Assembly: GCA_051294375.1 (NCBI GenBank)
Contig: JBJCIZ010000697.1
Coordinates: 1 to 14,079, forward strand
Direction of reading: 5' to 3'
DNA: 14,079 bases
Source of the DNA: Paraspadella gotoi
Taxonomy: Eukaryota; Animalia; Chaetognatha
The notes beneath the pieces were generated by a model, which was not told where the DNA came from, did not search any database, and saw only the letters and a program-made list of their open reading frames with translations. How positions within the stretch are numbered: the first letter of the stretch is position 1; the number at the start of each line of letters is the position of its first letter. Of this stretch, positions 1-10,576 are shown piece by piece. A program made the translations under genes and the position numbers.

Positions 1-40
1 GAAAGCCCACTTCCTTCATCTTTATAATCAAACCATCATG
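1..40 (-). pseudogene. Continuation of the same LINE RT beyond the TIR insertion
   Basis: The reverse complement of 1-40 reads CAT GAT GGT TTG ATT ATA AAG ATG AAG GAA GTG GGC TTT = HDGLIIKMKEVGF. This is the expected continuation of VWHD (family pattern VWHxGLxxKLxxxG) and runs off the window edge. Confidence 0.88.
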
Positions 41-1154
41 TGGGGGTGCCAGTCGTTTCGCACAATGGGGGGATCAAGTTTTCGCTAGAAATCGATATTT
101 TTTCAAAATTCCGAGCTCACGCCGGAAATAAAGTGAGCAATATGGGTATATTCGGAAACGTAGTTCTTGGAAGGACATGAATGGGGAGCGCGAGCTTAAT
201 TTAAACATTTTCATGTATTAAAATGCATTTAAAATAGTTTGGTTCTACCCCTTCGAATCTTCCTCTCCCGTAGACCAGCTCATTCTTCAATTGTACTCAC
301 AAAAGAACCTTTGACTTTATATATAGAAGGCATTTTGGTCTCTCTCCAAGCACCTGACTAAAAAAATGAAAAAACAATTTCAAGCTTAATTGCTTGTTTA
401 GGTAATCAAATAAACAACTTTTTTAACCGTTAATTCCGACCTCAAGCCATCAAAAAAAGCCTATTTTGATTACACCGGAAGAGAGCCCAGGGTGTCTACT
501 TTCGATTTTTTGGGGAGCGCGGGATCGATTTTCTAAACGTTAAAATATATCCGAAGAAATCAAAGGGCTTTTGCTTCGTTTTACATTTTATATTGGACCC
601 AAACGCGCATAATTGACTGTACTGCGAATCAAAATCCGAAAGCCATGGCTTTGCGAGGAGCAACCGCGGCTTTCGAAAGAGGATTTTTGTGGCTCGTTTA
701 TTATGCAACATCTTTCCCGCAGAACTTTTCTAAATGAACTTTTTTAAATTATATCTTTTGGAGACCCCCGTCACGAAGAATTAAGTCGTTGATTAAATTT
801 AATTAATTTTATAATAACTATTTAAACAGTCAATAACAAGGCGAAAAGAGTTCTTCGTTTCATCAACGTATTACAACAGTTCAAAACAATAATAAAAGAC
901 GATATAGTTGGAAAAGATTTAATGTGGGTAAAATGTAGTTAATAGCAATTCATTTGAACGTCGATTAAAAAGATAAAAACGTGGTTTTTAGTTCTTGGCT
1001 TAGAATTCGAAAAGAGAGAGAAACTTTACAATGTAAGAAGAAGAAGAAGTCAGACGACGACGACTGAGGGTTCACGGTCACTTTGTGACGAAGGTCATCT
1101 GGTTGACTGAGGTCAACTCGAGTCGCCAGAATCTTATATATATATGTATATATA

Positions 1155-1552
1155 TGGGTGACGACGAGCGCGACGGACGACGGAAGGGCGTGGAGCAGAG
1201 TCGCGCGGATGACGTCGTCCATCTTGACGCCGTCGGTGAGAGCACGAAGCTCGCTGACGAACTCCTGCGGGCATTTCCCACCGAGGTTGACGGTGGAGAG
1301 GATTTTGGCGGCGCGTTCCGGCTTCGTCGCCCGGAAGGTGTCCAGGGTCCATCTAGAAAAAAGTCGCGGATTTTGCGGGAGACCTCCTCGGAGAGTGCTG
1401 TGACGACGTGGTAGTAGCGCGTGAGCGACACCGTAATGCCGCGCGTGGGCCTCGGCGCGAACGAACCAGAGTTGAGCTTCGTTGGGCAAAAAATCTGGAA
1501 GTTTAACGGATACGGCGGCAGCGGTCGCGATGGCGGCTTGATCTCCCGGCAT
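1155..1552 (-). pseudogene. Ty3/gypsy gag N-terminal fragment (DUF7041-like), frameshifted and internally deleted
   Basis: MPGD...AVSVKLPDFLPNEAQLWFVRAEA, then in another frame RGITVSLTRYYHVVTALSEEVSRKIRDFF, then ERAAKILSTVNLGGKCPQEFVSELRAL...LLHALPSSV. This resembles the VKLPxFWxxxPxLWFxxxEAxF / GIT / YYHVVxAL / LGDRxPSE pattern of animal gypsy Gag. It ends in a TA-repeat at about 1135-1155. Confidence 0.8.
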
Positions 1553-1602
1553 CTTGAAGTCGGTCGCGGAAGATGGAGCATAAGGATGTCGTTGTTCGTG
1601 TT

Positions 1603-1620
1603 CGCAAGTAGGGCTCACCA
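1603..1620 (-). promoter_or_regulatory. Putative primer-binding site of the gypsy remnant
   Basis: Minus strand reads ...CTCTTCA-AA-TGGTGAGCCCTAC, about 50 nt upstream of the gag ATG. tRNA not assigned. Confidence 0.6.
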
Positions 1621-1622
1621 TT

Positions 1623-1955
1623 TGAAGAGCTCCCTTTTCATGAGTTTTTACTATCATCGAAAGCAGGAATCTTCTTTCAAAGAATTTATTTCGCATGAGA
1701 AAATAAGCAAGAGAGAGAGAGCGAAAAATACAATAGTTCTACAGGGGCAAAAATTGATCGAACCTTAACGAGAGCACCTCGAAACATTACTAATAATAGT
1801 GAAAATACTGATCGGACCTTAACGAGAGCATCTGGAATAAACTCTGAAATAGTGAAAAATGTGTTTTTGTTATTTAGGTAAAGTTCGAATTAAAGTATTT
1901 GAAAGTATTTAAAATACTAAGGCCGCACGATTTAGTTTTCATTCCGGAGGCTTCA
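1623..1955 (-). repeat. Putative 5' LTR of the gypsy remnant (333 bp)
   Basis: Bounded by TGAAG (1623) and CTTCA (1955), a perfect 5-bp inverted TG...CA pair. On the minus strand it is followed 2 nt later by TGG, has AATAAA at 1685-1690, and contains a 54-bp tandem duplication (1755-1858). No second LTR is available to confirm the right boundary. Confidence 0.6.
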
Positions 1956-3269
1956 TATTACAAATTATATATATATATATATTCTTTGAAACATTATACC
2001 ACTTCATTGAAGGGAAGGGAAGCCAGGTACCCTGGGAGTGAATAAACGAGACTCTGAGAGAGTCTTGATTGTAAGCTTGCAGGGACCTGCTATGTCATTA
2101 TCTTGTAAGAGTGATGGAGGCCTTATACCACCAAAGCCTGTCCAAAGTCAGGGGCAAGATAGCTTATTTATTAAATGAATGGATAATTTTTATATTGGTT
2201 GTACCAATTTCATATTCTTTGTTACGAGCGTTCTGGTCGCGAGCCATGGCTTTTGAGTATGTTCTTTTGTTGTTAAAGCAACAAAGGACTAAAGACAGCC
2301 ACTTTTAACGGACCAATGCAATGGCGCATTTAAAAACGACATGGCGAATTCATCATTGAATCATGACTGGTATACTTTATTTATTTTTTTTTACCATTGT
2401 TCAACTTTTTAAAAAACTTCATTTTCGTCGTAAACGCTTTTGTAAAAAATGACACTGTATTCGCCTTATTTGTGACCCGTGTTATTTAATTATCGATAAC
2501 TCGGGTAATTATCAATAACTCGGTTGCTCCTTTTTCTCCCATTCAAGAAAGATCGTGACTTTGGTCTCATCATCTCTCTATCGCGATCATTCAGAATTCG
2601 GCGTTTGAACAAAACTCTTTATACGTCTCCGTCGTCTCCCGTACATGGTGACAATTTTACAAGCGCCGGTAAAAAAACGCTGTCATTTGCAAACCAGTGG
2701 TTATTTCATTATACTTTGTAGATAATGATAGACATATAAACATTCAAATTGTAAGCATATTCACTAAAGTATTTAAAAATTTTTATAAAAAAATTTCAAA
2801 AACTTTAATCAGCATTTAAAAAAATTCTGCCTTTATCGAATTTTACTGACCTACCACATTAGGTGTCTCATGGGTATACTTTAAGATTTTATAGGTTTCA
2901 GAGATGGCACTTTTTTTGTTTCTTTCACATCCTCTTTGCCCTACCGTGGAGAGCTTAAAGAAAAAGCACAGACTGAAAGATTTCTCAACCTCTGAAAATT
3001 GAAACATTTTTAATGTTTACTTGTAAAATATTCGATGTACAATTATGATCATTGTATTTTTGTAAACTACTCAATTGTACCTTCCGTTTGATATATATTT
3101 TACTGTTGTTTATTGCATTTAAACATTTGTAAACTGTATGTTTGCATTCATCAACAAACAACCGGATCAAGTGATAGGGTAAAATTTACAAGTGTTATCG
3201 TTCAGGTCCGATAGCGAAATATTTAAATGCTGTACTTTTTTCTTTGTTTCGCTCGCAGGATGTTGGACC

Positions 3270-4157
3270 GGATGGATGGATGGATTTGAATGAAATTTTG
3301 TGTGTGGGTAGTAAGGCGTAGTAAAATTTTTAAATTTAACTTTAATTAAAATCTAAAAGTGGGGAACGAACAAACATTATACTAATGAACATTATGTAAT
3401 AAAAAAATTTATAATAAATTTTACAATTTACGCAGTAGGCCATATTTATACTAGTACTAAACACATAAATGTTAAAATTTCAAAACAGTTTTTTCTAAGA
3501 TTTTTTTGCAGATTTGGATTCGTCATAAAAAGTTGGTAAAAAGAAATATAACTCTTTTTGAAAATTCCTTCATTAAGTGGTCAAAAATTAGAATAAGTTA
3601 TATTTGAAGCTGAAAATTAACTTTTTATATATTAAATTATAGTTTTTTTAATTTTTAACCCACTTAATGAAAGAATTTTTAAAAATGATTTATATTTTCT
3701 TTTTATCAACTTTTGACGAGGAATTCAAATCTTAATCAAAATTAAAAAAAGCCCATTTTGAAATTTTTCGATTTTATAAGGATAGTACTATATATAAATA
3801 TGCCTACTGCGAAAATTAAAAAACATAAAATTAATTTTTTTTACAAATTAATGTTCACTGATGGTATGTTGTTCATAATTGACTTTTAGAATTTTCGTAT
3901 GTAACTTTCACTACGGCTTAGTGGGTAGAGAAGTGTGTGATTGAGCTGATATGAAGTTTCGATGGAATCGTCCGAGTGGAATTGAGTTTAAATGGAAAAA
4001 CCAAAAAATATATTTCATTATTTGAACACCAATTGCTCATGAGTGGATGGGGCGATTGACCTTGAATTTGGTATGTGGGTAGAAAAGTGTGTGATAAACT
4101 GGAATGCAAGTTTCGATGAATCGTTTGAGTGGAAATGAGTTTAAATGGAAAAAACAA
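3270..4157 (+). repeat. DINE-1/HINE-like ~154-bp tandem repeat units (about 2), the first interrupted by the foldback element
   Basis: GTGGGTAGA(G/A)AAGTGTGTGA...AAGTTTCGATG...GAGTTTAAATGGAAAAA occurs at 3921 and 4075 (period 154). The same unit appears uninterrupted on the minus strand at 5791-5887 next to a (GTCY)n microsatellite. Confidence 0.75.
3312..3920. mobile_element. Foldback/palindromic MITE, 609 bp, 8-bp TSD
   Basis: Ends TAAGGCGTAGTAAAA / TTTCACTACGGCTTA. Arms pair imperfectly almost to the centre (~3610-3630), e.g. CGCAGTAGGC with GCCTACTGCG and TTCATTAAGTGG with CCACTTAATGAA. GTGGGTAG is duplicated at 3304-3311 and 3921-3928. Confidence 0.88.
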
Positions 4158-4200
4158 AGAACCTGTTTAACTAATTGATTATGCTTCTTTTTTCTTTTAT

Positions 4201-4515
4201 TTTAAATGTAAATGCAAGATGTATTAATTAATCAAATAATTATCAGTTAATTCAAATTAATCAATAATAATTAATCAAATATATACAAAACAAACATTTC
4301 GGATCAAATTAATTAATTAATTGCCCAATTAATTAAATAATTACCTTAAATTAATTAATTATAAATTAATTAAATAAATTAATTAATTATAAATTAATTA
4401 ATTATTAATTAACTTGAATTAATTATTAATTAATTATTAATTAATTACCGATAATGATTGTGGGCAGATCCGACATTGTTTGCTCAAACTTGTTTAAATG
4501 TTTATTTACATTAAA
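4201..4515. repeat. Degraded palindrome overlaid by (AATT)n low-complexity sequence
   Basis: TTTAAATGTAAAT (4201) pairs with ATTTACATTAAA (~4504-4515). AAACATTTCGGATC...TGCCC pairs with GGGCAGATCCGACATTGTTT. Much of the left arm and centre is AATTAATT repeat. Confidence 0.5.
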
Positions 4516-5297
4516 TGTAGACGATGACGAATTTAGACTTTCAGGTTTATACAAATATAAACGATTTAAAACAACAACGTTATTTAAAATAACCCTGATT
4601 GCCTCGGCCAAACCCTTTTTCCCTCTTCTTCAATTATTCGTCGTCGCGACTCCCGATCGTGAATTTTGGAAACTTGAACCAAGATATTTTTATTCACGGC
4701 CGTCGTACCGTTGAGCCGTCTCCCCCTACGGCGACGCTTGCTACCGTCGCAACAGCAATAGTTATAAAAGTAATTGTTCAATTCTATTATTACACAAATG
4801 TGCAACCCTGTGCTCAAAATTTAACCGTTCCTACGCGCATTTTTTACTTAAATTTAATCTTTTCTTGGCTATAATTTTCTGCTATACTGTTTTTATTTCA
4901 AACTTTTTTGTTTATTTATGCTTAATTTGTATAAAAAATAAATTATTTTCCTTTTATTTCGTTTACATGGGTGTTAATACTCTTTCGTCCGAGGCTTCAG
5001 CAGTTAAAATTAATTCTTATGAGGCCCTAAACACGCATACGAGGCTTACGCTGAAGTTCGGCGTTCTAATGATTTGAACTACGTAGTACTTTCTTTGTAG
5101 ATCCAAAACGGAATCGGTTTAAATAGCGCGAGTTGATCCCTCGCGACCGCGTTTTTCGCGGTCTTTTTTTGCCGATTACTTTTGAACGCGTCGTCCGATT
5201 TACATGAAATTTTGGATTTCGGCTAATTTCGCATTCTCTTTCAACGATACAAATTTATATAAAAATACGTCTAGTTTCGAAACGACTGGCATCCCCA

Positions 5298-5589
5298 CAT
5301 CATGCCAAACTCTGTTAAAGGCATCTTCCACATCATGAAAGATTGCAACTGTTATTTTATCTTTTTGAAACCCTCTCGTAATATCTTCCGACAATCTAAT
5401 CAAGTTTTCCTGAGTGGATCGACCTCGACAGAAACCTGCTTGAATAGGGTTTTTTATATTTTTGATATCCATATGCTTCAAGATTGAATCCCGGATAAAG
5501 TGTTCATATAATTTACCAACGCAGCTCAAGAGACTAATTGGTCGAAATCCTTTCACGGAGTTTTGCGGTTTCCCCTTTTTTTTTGCCAT
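5298..5589 (-). pseudogene. Non-LTR retrotransposon (LINE) reverse transcriptase fragment, part upstream of the TIR insertion
   Basis: Translation KGKP...FRPISLLSCVGKLYE...QAGFCRGRSTQENL...VAIFHDVEDAFNRVWHD matches the conserved LINE RT motifs (YRPISLLS, QxGFR, DxxKAFDxVWH). The ORF tail after WHD (VGMPVVSK...) is read-through into the inserted element. Confidence 0.93.
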
Positions 5590-5790
5590 ACTATAACTAT
5601 TTTCATATGTCTTTTGTTTTATAAAAAGTTCGACAATTTACATAATTTTAAAATGAGCATCGACTTACTGTGAAGAGAAGAAGTTGGAAAAGCATGATTT
5701 TTTTGTTAGATTGAAAATTGTTAGCTTATGAGAATTTATTTTGAAAGAAAGTGTATAATAAAACTTGAAATTAATTCCCTTTAATATTAT

Positions 5791-6082
5791 CGCGATTCCA
5801 TCGAAACTTCATATACAGCTCAATCACACACTTACCTATCCACACACAAAATCATACAAATCCATCCATCCAATCACGAGTAATTGGTGTTTTTGCTAAG
5901 GTGGACGGACGGACAGACGGACGGACGGACGGACAGACATCATTTTTTTTGCATAATTTATCATAATTCGATGTTCTGACATGATATAAGTTAGTGCCCG
6001 ACAATATTGAGGGGGCGCACCGACGGACCGACAAAGTGAATTATAGAGTCGGGATCTGCTGATAAGCAGATCCGACTAAAAA
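5791..6082 (-). mobile_element. DINE-1/HINE-like non-autonomous Helentron-associated element, 5' part
   Basis: The minus strand begins TTTTT-AGTCGGATCTGCT-TATC-AGCAGATCCCGACT (T-run plus hairpin, 6047-6082). It continues with a (GTCC/GTCT)n microsatellite (5903-5938) and the start of the 154-bp unit. This order matches DINE-1 architecture. Confidence 0.72.
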
Positions 6083-6659
6083 CATCAGATTGTTCCAAAA
6101 TCGAATGCCTTGAATCTGATATTTTTCAAAATGCAAAATTTTGGTTCATAGTCTAGATCTAAAATTCTGAACACAAAAATGTTTTTTTCAAAAATTGAAT
6201 ATTCTATCTTCTTCAATAATTAAAAATTAATTAAGCCTATTATTCTTGCATATTAAGCAGCCAATTTTATCATGCATATTGGTAAAAGATTGGTCTTTTG
6301 AAAAATCTTTTTAAAAATCTTTGCTGTTGATGATGATTGTTTCTTACAATGAACAAGTTCAAATATAGATAAAAAGAAAAAAAATTTTGTAATTCTAGTA
6401 TCATAATTCATTTGCATATTTTGTACTATTCCCAGATAAAAAATTATTTACTAATGGGTCTGAAATATTGCTCATTTTCTGTAGATAATGAATATCTATT
6501 GTTAAAGCTCATTATGTACATTCGTAAGGTAACCAAGGCTCTTATAATAAAGCTACTACAATTTTTTATAAGCATTTTTCTGGACTTTTTGTCAGATTTC
6601 TTCTTTTCCTGACCCTATTGCCCTTCAACAACTATAGCTAAAAGATTATGAATCAAATA

Positions 6660-6669
6660 TGGCGACGAG
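6660..6669 (+). promoter_or_regulatory. Possible primer-binding site (tRNA-Ser(GCU)-type TGGCGACGAG)
   Basis: TGGCGACGAG lies 4 nt after a CA, at the switch from AT-rich to GC-richer sequence and upstream of a gag-like ORF. No LTR could be delimited. Confidence 0.4.
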
Positions 6670-6735
6670 TGAAGTAAAAATGATCATAAGTAGGGTGGGA
6701 AGCAAATTAAGCGTGATCTGTCTCTGCGTCGTATA

Positions 6736-7160
6736 TTGAGGACACATCCTAAATTAGGAAGCGCATCGTCCGTTTCGGCGTCCCCACAAAATCCCCCACC
6801 TCCTATTCTCAGCATCCCTCGCCGAGATCATGAGAAGTCGCGCGTCGAGCCGAGGTCCGCAACGGGAATCTCCGTGCGTTTGGAGCCGTCGAACGCCAGC
6901 GTCCGATCATCGAGAAGGGAAGGCACGTCGGTAACTAAGTCGACACGATCGTCTCGAGAGAAGATCCGGTTAATTCTCGATCTAGAGAGATTTGATAAGG
7001 AACGTTTAGCAATTGAAAGGGAGAGAGAGAGAAAGAAAAAATAGACAAAGAATTCAGAGGAGAGGAGGAGGCGTTAAAGGCGAAATTTAAAACAAAGTTT
7101 AGAGAAAAAGAAAATAGAAATAACCCATTTTTGAAACACAAAAATTTATTATTAGGAGGC
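6736..7160 (+). pseudogene. Possible LTR-retrotransposon (BEL/Pao-like) gag N-terminal fragment
   Basis: Ser/Arg-rich stretch (SNASVRSSRR...KSTRSSREKIRLILDLERFDKERLAIERE) followed, after a frameshift, by IDKEFRGEEEALKAKFK. A Ser-rich segment plus coiled coil is typical of BEL/Pao Gag N-termini, but this is compositional evidence only. Confidence 0.42.
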
Positions 7161-7164
7161 AATA

Positions 7165-7769
7165 TGAAGAAGATTCAATTAGGGGGTTTCATCGTTTTAG
7201 TAGAGAACAATATGATTTGGCAGTAGCTTAATCTCGCTTTTTTACATCTATAATACAAGTGGTTATAACTTTAAATTAAGTATTCAATATCCACTAATCA
7301 TTGAAACGTGCATCAGAATGCGAGAACCAAAAATGCAGCCAGCAGCGTAGAGCTGTAAGCGCAGCACAGTACAGCAGATTTGGCAGCCAACAGAACCGAG
7401 ACGCAGCATCAGCAGCAAGCAAGAGCCGAGACGCAGCAACAGCTCAAAGCACATAAAAGCTGATGGTCTCAGAAGGAATCTCACGCCAAAAATTAAGAAT
7501 TTACTCTCGCTTTTAGAGACAAGGACACAATTATTACAACCAATGAAGAGGAGAATTCACATTTTAAGAATAAGATCAAAACATGCTACTAGTTTATTAT
7601 ATATGAGGACACCCGTATTCAATTCAAAGTATACAATTACAACCATATAGCAGACATTAAACTGAACTATGGGATATATAATATACACTTATCTAACTAC
7701 AGTAATTATAAAAATATAATAAAAGGTCAGGGCTCAATTCAGATAAAAATCTTTATAAACTCTTTAACA
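7165..7769 (-). repeat. 3' LTR, truncated or degraded (about 605 bp recognisable)
   Basis: Homologous to 12775-13381 with many indels. Similarity fades left of TGAAGAAGATTC at 7165. Confidence 0.75.
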
Positions 7770-7997
7770 ATCTCCCCTGTTGCATATCATGGGCAACATC
7801 AAATTTTATAAAAGAATAAAGGGGAAATCAGGTTAGTATAAAAGATCAAGGGCAAATGCAGCAGTTGGGATTTCAATTTAGATATGAAATCAAATGAATC
7901 ATAAAATCACCAGCAGAATAAAAAACAGAATCTTCAGATGTGATTACTTCATTATAAAATTATAAATTCAAATTCATATTTAAAAATAAATTTTGCT

Positions 7998-9477
7998 GCA
8001 AATTGAGGCGTTGTTTGTTCGAGAAGGAATGTCAAGAATTTAGAAAGCAAAGATGCTAATGAAGACAAAGTTTCTATCAGGAATTGGAAGCAGACATCTT
8101 GGATTTTGAGAATGTAAGGGCCTCTGGTGATCATGCAGTTTTCTCCTCGAAAAGACCAGAGATTGGCGACGAAACTGAGACGTCGTGTAGTTGCATTGAG
8201 AATTGTCCAATTTGTAGTTGATTCCAACGTCAATCTTGATCTGAAGTTTCACATCCAGAGAAACTTGGTTTTAACTTTGTACAAAGAAACTTTACATTTA
8301 AAATCAGATTGAGCTTGAGCTTATTTAAAAGCCAGACTTAAAACCAAATCAATTATCAAAATGCAATTTCATAGTAAGTTTCTCGGTTTTTGCAGATAGG
8401 GTTTGTCTTGAATCGCATTCATCATAAATCCATGGGAAGTAGGAATTTAAGGTCAGCAGAATAATGCAAATCATTTGAAAATCATGTAAACATTGAGTTT
8501 CAATGTTTGTTGTGTATATGAAATCATCCATCCAGGGATTCATTTACGACATTGTGCTCTGAAACAGTAGCAATTCTGTTTTGAAGTATGGAAGCAAGGA
8601 GATACTTGTGAGAGGTGTCACTGACAATATAGAGAGACCTCTCCACGAAATTTGGCCATCTTCAATGGGACACAATTGCAATGATTTTTTCATAATATTA
8701 AGATCTATCAGATTCGGAATCAGTCCAAATTATTTTTATTTTATCCATTCATTATCAGATCATAATCTGCTAACCATCAGAATAGGAAGACTCACTATTC
8801 ACATAATTTATGGATATTTTCAGGATAACCCATTTTATTTGTTCTCACCGCTGTTTGCCATGAATTAATTGGGCGTCAGACGTTGTGCCATCACCCTTGA
8901 TCATGGAAGATGAGATTGCAGTTGAGAAGCAGAATCAATTTCATTTGGATTTGTTTGCCAAGTGTGTATGTTAGGAAATAGTGTGGGGGTTTTTGCTGCT
9001 GCTCCGTGGGTTTCAACAAGGCTCCTCCTTTGGCGGTCCTTGCCTCAATAAGTATTATATATATATAGATCATATATTAGGTATATATATTATACCTTAC
9101 ATTGACAGATCCTTGTTAATATTTATAATTCATATTCATCATTTTTTAGAGTTTACCTCTGAATTCAGATACCAAAGATTGATTTGCCAGTTTGATGTCA
9201 ACGGAATGTGTGGCCTTCTTGTTAATTTCAGAACTCGCTTCCACTAGACTTAGAATAATATTTAAGGTAGCAATTAATTGCACAGATAATCAGTTTATCA
9301 ATAATATGTCACATGTGAAACATATTACCCATATATATATAGATGGTTAGCAAAGAGATTGATCATACCAACAATCTAAATTCTTGAAATTTTTCACAGA
9401 ATTCCAAGTGGTGATTATCATTAATATGTACATAATTCCATTATTCCATCACCTGAATGTTCAGAATTAGATGCCAT
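7998..9477 (-). pseudogene. Second, noisier copy of the same internal reading region
   Basis: Colinear nucleotide homology with 10798-12276. ATG equivalent at 9477, many indels, TA-rich replaced patches. Confidence 0.55.
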
Positions 9478-9601
9478 GCGTTCCTTGTTGATCAAAAAAC
9501 CTGTTTCATCACAGATCAGATGATGCTGTCAGGTGGATTCTGTTGTTCAGTTGGCTGCGTTTGGGGACTTGAACAGTTATATAAATCCAGGGCGCGCATT
9601 T

Positions 9602-10576
9602 TGTAATGGAGAAGGATCAACAACAAAAATTCAATAAACAAATTCCCAAACTGAGGCATCGAGGATATTTGTCAAAGATGCAAATGGTATCAAATCAGTT
9701 GCTTTGCTGGCAAGCGCGCCCGCCCAAAAACAAGCAGAGCTACCAGGAAAAGCAAAAAAGCTCCAAAGGATTCGCTTTTAGATTGAAGGTTGTCCTTCCA
9801 CAGCATTGAGATTGTAGGATTAATATCATATCAAATTGAAGAGATTACATCATCAGTATTGAGAATGAGAAGTAGTACATCAGCAATTGAGAATGAAGTA
9901 GTAATAACATCAGCTTAGAGATTGACATCCATCAGCTTTGATGATTGTGGAAGTAATTTCATCACTGGAATGAAGAAGATTCCTTGGGGGTTTCTCAGTT
10001 TCAGATGAGAACATTGTTTGAGCAGTGCTTAATCTCGACTAATATTAACTCAATCCATATATCAAAAGATAAAAATAGAATAATAACTTTATTAAGTATT
10101 CAATATCCAATAATCATTGAAAAACGTGCATCAGAATGACAGAGAACCAAAATGCAGCAGCAGCAGTAGAGCTGATACGCAGCAACAGTAGCAGCAGATG
10201 CAGCAACAGAAACCGAGACGCAGCATCAGCAGCAGCAGAGCGCGAACGCAGCAACAGCTCAAAGCTACATAAAAGCTGATGGTCTCAGAGGAATCTCCCA
10301 AAAATTAAGAATTTACTCTCCTTTTAAACAAGGACACAATTATTACAACCAATGAGAGGAGAATCACATTTTAAGAATAAGATCAAAACATTTACTAGTT
10401 ATTATTAACCAATGAGAGACAGATATTCAAATTCAAGTATAAATTCAACCAATTAGAGACATTAAACAGAACTATTGGAGTCATTCAATTAAACTTTAAA
10501 CTCAGATATTTGAACAATTAAAAAATAAAAGGTCAGGGCTCAATTCAGGATAAAAATCTTTATAAACTCTTTAACA
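9602..10576 (-). repeat. Shared middle LTR (975 bp)
   Basis: Full-length homologue of 12402-13381. On the minus strand it is preceded by a PPT and followed by a PBS-like site carrying a 1-nt insertion. Confidence 0.82.

Larger units (their letters stand above)
41..5297. mobile_element. TIR DNA transposon (no recognisable transposase) containing nested insertions
   Basis: Left end TGGGGGTGCCAGTCGTTTCG (41-60); right end reverse complement TGGGGATGCCAGTCGTTTCG (5278-5297), 19/20 identical. CATCATG is duplicated at 34-40 and 5298-5304. Removing the element restores the RT reading frame. Confidence 0.9.

Noticed and set aside
61-75. CACAATGGGG as a Transib/RSS-like terminus
   Set aside because: No matching inverted end with a 5-bp TSD was found in the window.
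295-368. Possible minus-strand micro-exon (TTTTTAG...GTGAGT)
   Set aside because: Splice-like motifs are common by chance in AT-rich DNA and the peptide is uninformative.
965-1696. 243-aa ORF as an intact gene
   Set aside because: It starts in the LTR, crosses the PBS, leaves the Gag frame in the middle and reads through a TA repeat, so it is a composite of a decayed gag.
1085-1768. Plus-strand ORFs (109, 81 and 115 aa)
   Set aside because: Antisense shadows of the GC-rich gag with no recognisable motifs.
4454-5077. Cluster of short ORFs (70-91 aa)
   Set aside because: Overlapping, no recognisable domain, compositionally biased.
7284-7484. Poly-Leu/poly-Gln ORFs over the CAG tract
   Set aside because: Artefacts of the trinucleotide-rich LTR sequence; frames are not preserved between copies.
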